Source: Rhodobiaceae bacterium
Lineage (GTDB): Bacteria; Pseudomonadota; Alphaproteobacteria; Rhizobiales; NORP267
Assembly: GCA_020441905.1 (NCBI GenBank)
Contig: JAGRLG010000029.1
Coordinates: 16,922 to 80,921 of the forward strand
DNA length: 64,000 bases
Direction: 5' to 3'
Positions 63,646-64,000 of this stretch are shown here, one piece after another. The notes beneath the pieces were generated by a model. That model saw nothing but the letters and a program-made list of their open reading frames with translations, was not told the DNA's origin and did no database searches. The number at the start of each line of letters is the position of its first letter. Positions within the stretch are counted from its first letter, which is position 1. The position numbers and the translations under genes are program-made.

Positions 63646-64000
63646 ATGAACAGGCTGGCTGATGGCGACGCGCGTTGTGGAATGCTGGGCCTGGCCGGAA
63701 GATTTCTGGTCGCGGTCTCCCTGCTTCTCCTCCTCTTTGCGACTCCCGCCCTGTCGCCGGCGCGGGCGCAGAATGCCACCGATGTTCAGGGCACCAGCGC
63801 GCGCAGCGAGTTCTGGGAGGAGATCCGCCAGGGCAAGGAAGGCAGTGTCTCGATCCCCGACGCCAAGGCCGGCCGGCTGATCCAGTCCGAGGGGGATGTC
63901 TGGCGCGCCTGGCGCAATGGTCCGGTCAGCACCTATGGCGCCCAGGGCCTGGTCGCCGTCGTTCTCGTGCTCGCCGCGTTCTTTCTCATTCGCGGACGGC
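63646..64000 (+). CDS. fdhC: Formate dehydrogenase gamma subunit (cytochrome b), 5' part, truncated by the window end
   Basis: My own translation from ATG 63646 (GGGAGGA SD) gives 'MNRLADGD...SEFWEEIRQGKEGSVSIPD..AGRLIQSEGDVWRAWRNGPVSTYGAQGLVAVVLVLAAFFLIRGR'. This is typical of the N-terminus of FdnI/FdhC. No stop codon occurs before nt 64000. Confidence 0.7.
   Translation, partial: MNRLADGDARCGMLGLAGRFLVAVSLLLLLFATPALSPARAQNATDVQGTSARSEFWEEIRQGKEGSVSIPDAKAGRLIQSEGDVWRAWRNGPVSTYGAQGLVAVVLVLAAFFLIRGR

Overview
Visibly GC-rich (roughly two-thirds G+C by eye, not computed), gene-dense chromosomal window with alphaproteobacterial (Rhizobiales-like) gene content. I found no rRNA, tRNA, CRISPR array, transposase or integrase. 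Left part (1-9.8 kb): a soluble MCP with a CZB zinc-binding domain, a MetE-like methyltransferase, the nadA-nadB-nadC operon with two palindromic operator candidates and the Nudix-type regulator NadQ, ynfA and an IclR regulator. Centre (10.1-42.7 kb): a contiguous lipid/glycolipid island of about 32 kb. It contains a 2589-aa single-module highly reducing type I PKS (KS-AT-DH-cMT-psiKR-ER-KR-ACP). The PKS is translationally coupled to an alpha-oxoamine synthase (serine-palmitoyltransferase family) and to a Wzm/Wzt/Wzt' ABC-2 exporter. Also present are three glycosyltransferases and ManC, and an inositol-lipid module (myo-inositol-1-phosphate synthase, CDP-alcohol phosphatidyltransferase, PgpA). 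A UPF0104 flippase-like protein is fused in one operon to a paralogous LptB-LptF-LptG set. A six-gene coupled operon encodes a PAP2_3/IPC-synthase-like protein, a GNAT, an ACP, a KAS and a HadA/B-like dehydratase pair, and an SDR gene diverges from it. Read together, these genes look like a PKS-primed, sphingolipid-like inositol-phospho(glyco)lipid pathway with its own envelope export machinery; this is the main candidate for a previously undescribed system. Right part (43-64 kb): dctB-dctD with a sigma-54 promoter driving a dctPQM TRAP transporter, an amidohydrolase / CocE-NonD hydrolase / Liv-type ABC uptake cluster, and a Tat-dependent Cys-type formate dehydrogenase operon truncated at the window end. 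All functional calls come from reading motifs in the supplied translations; no database search was possible.
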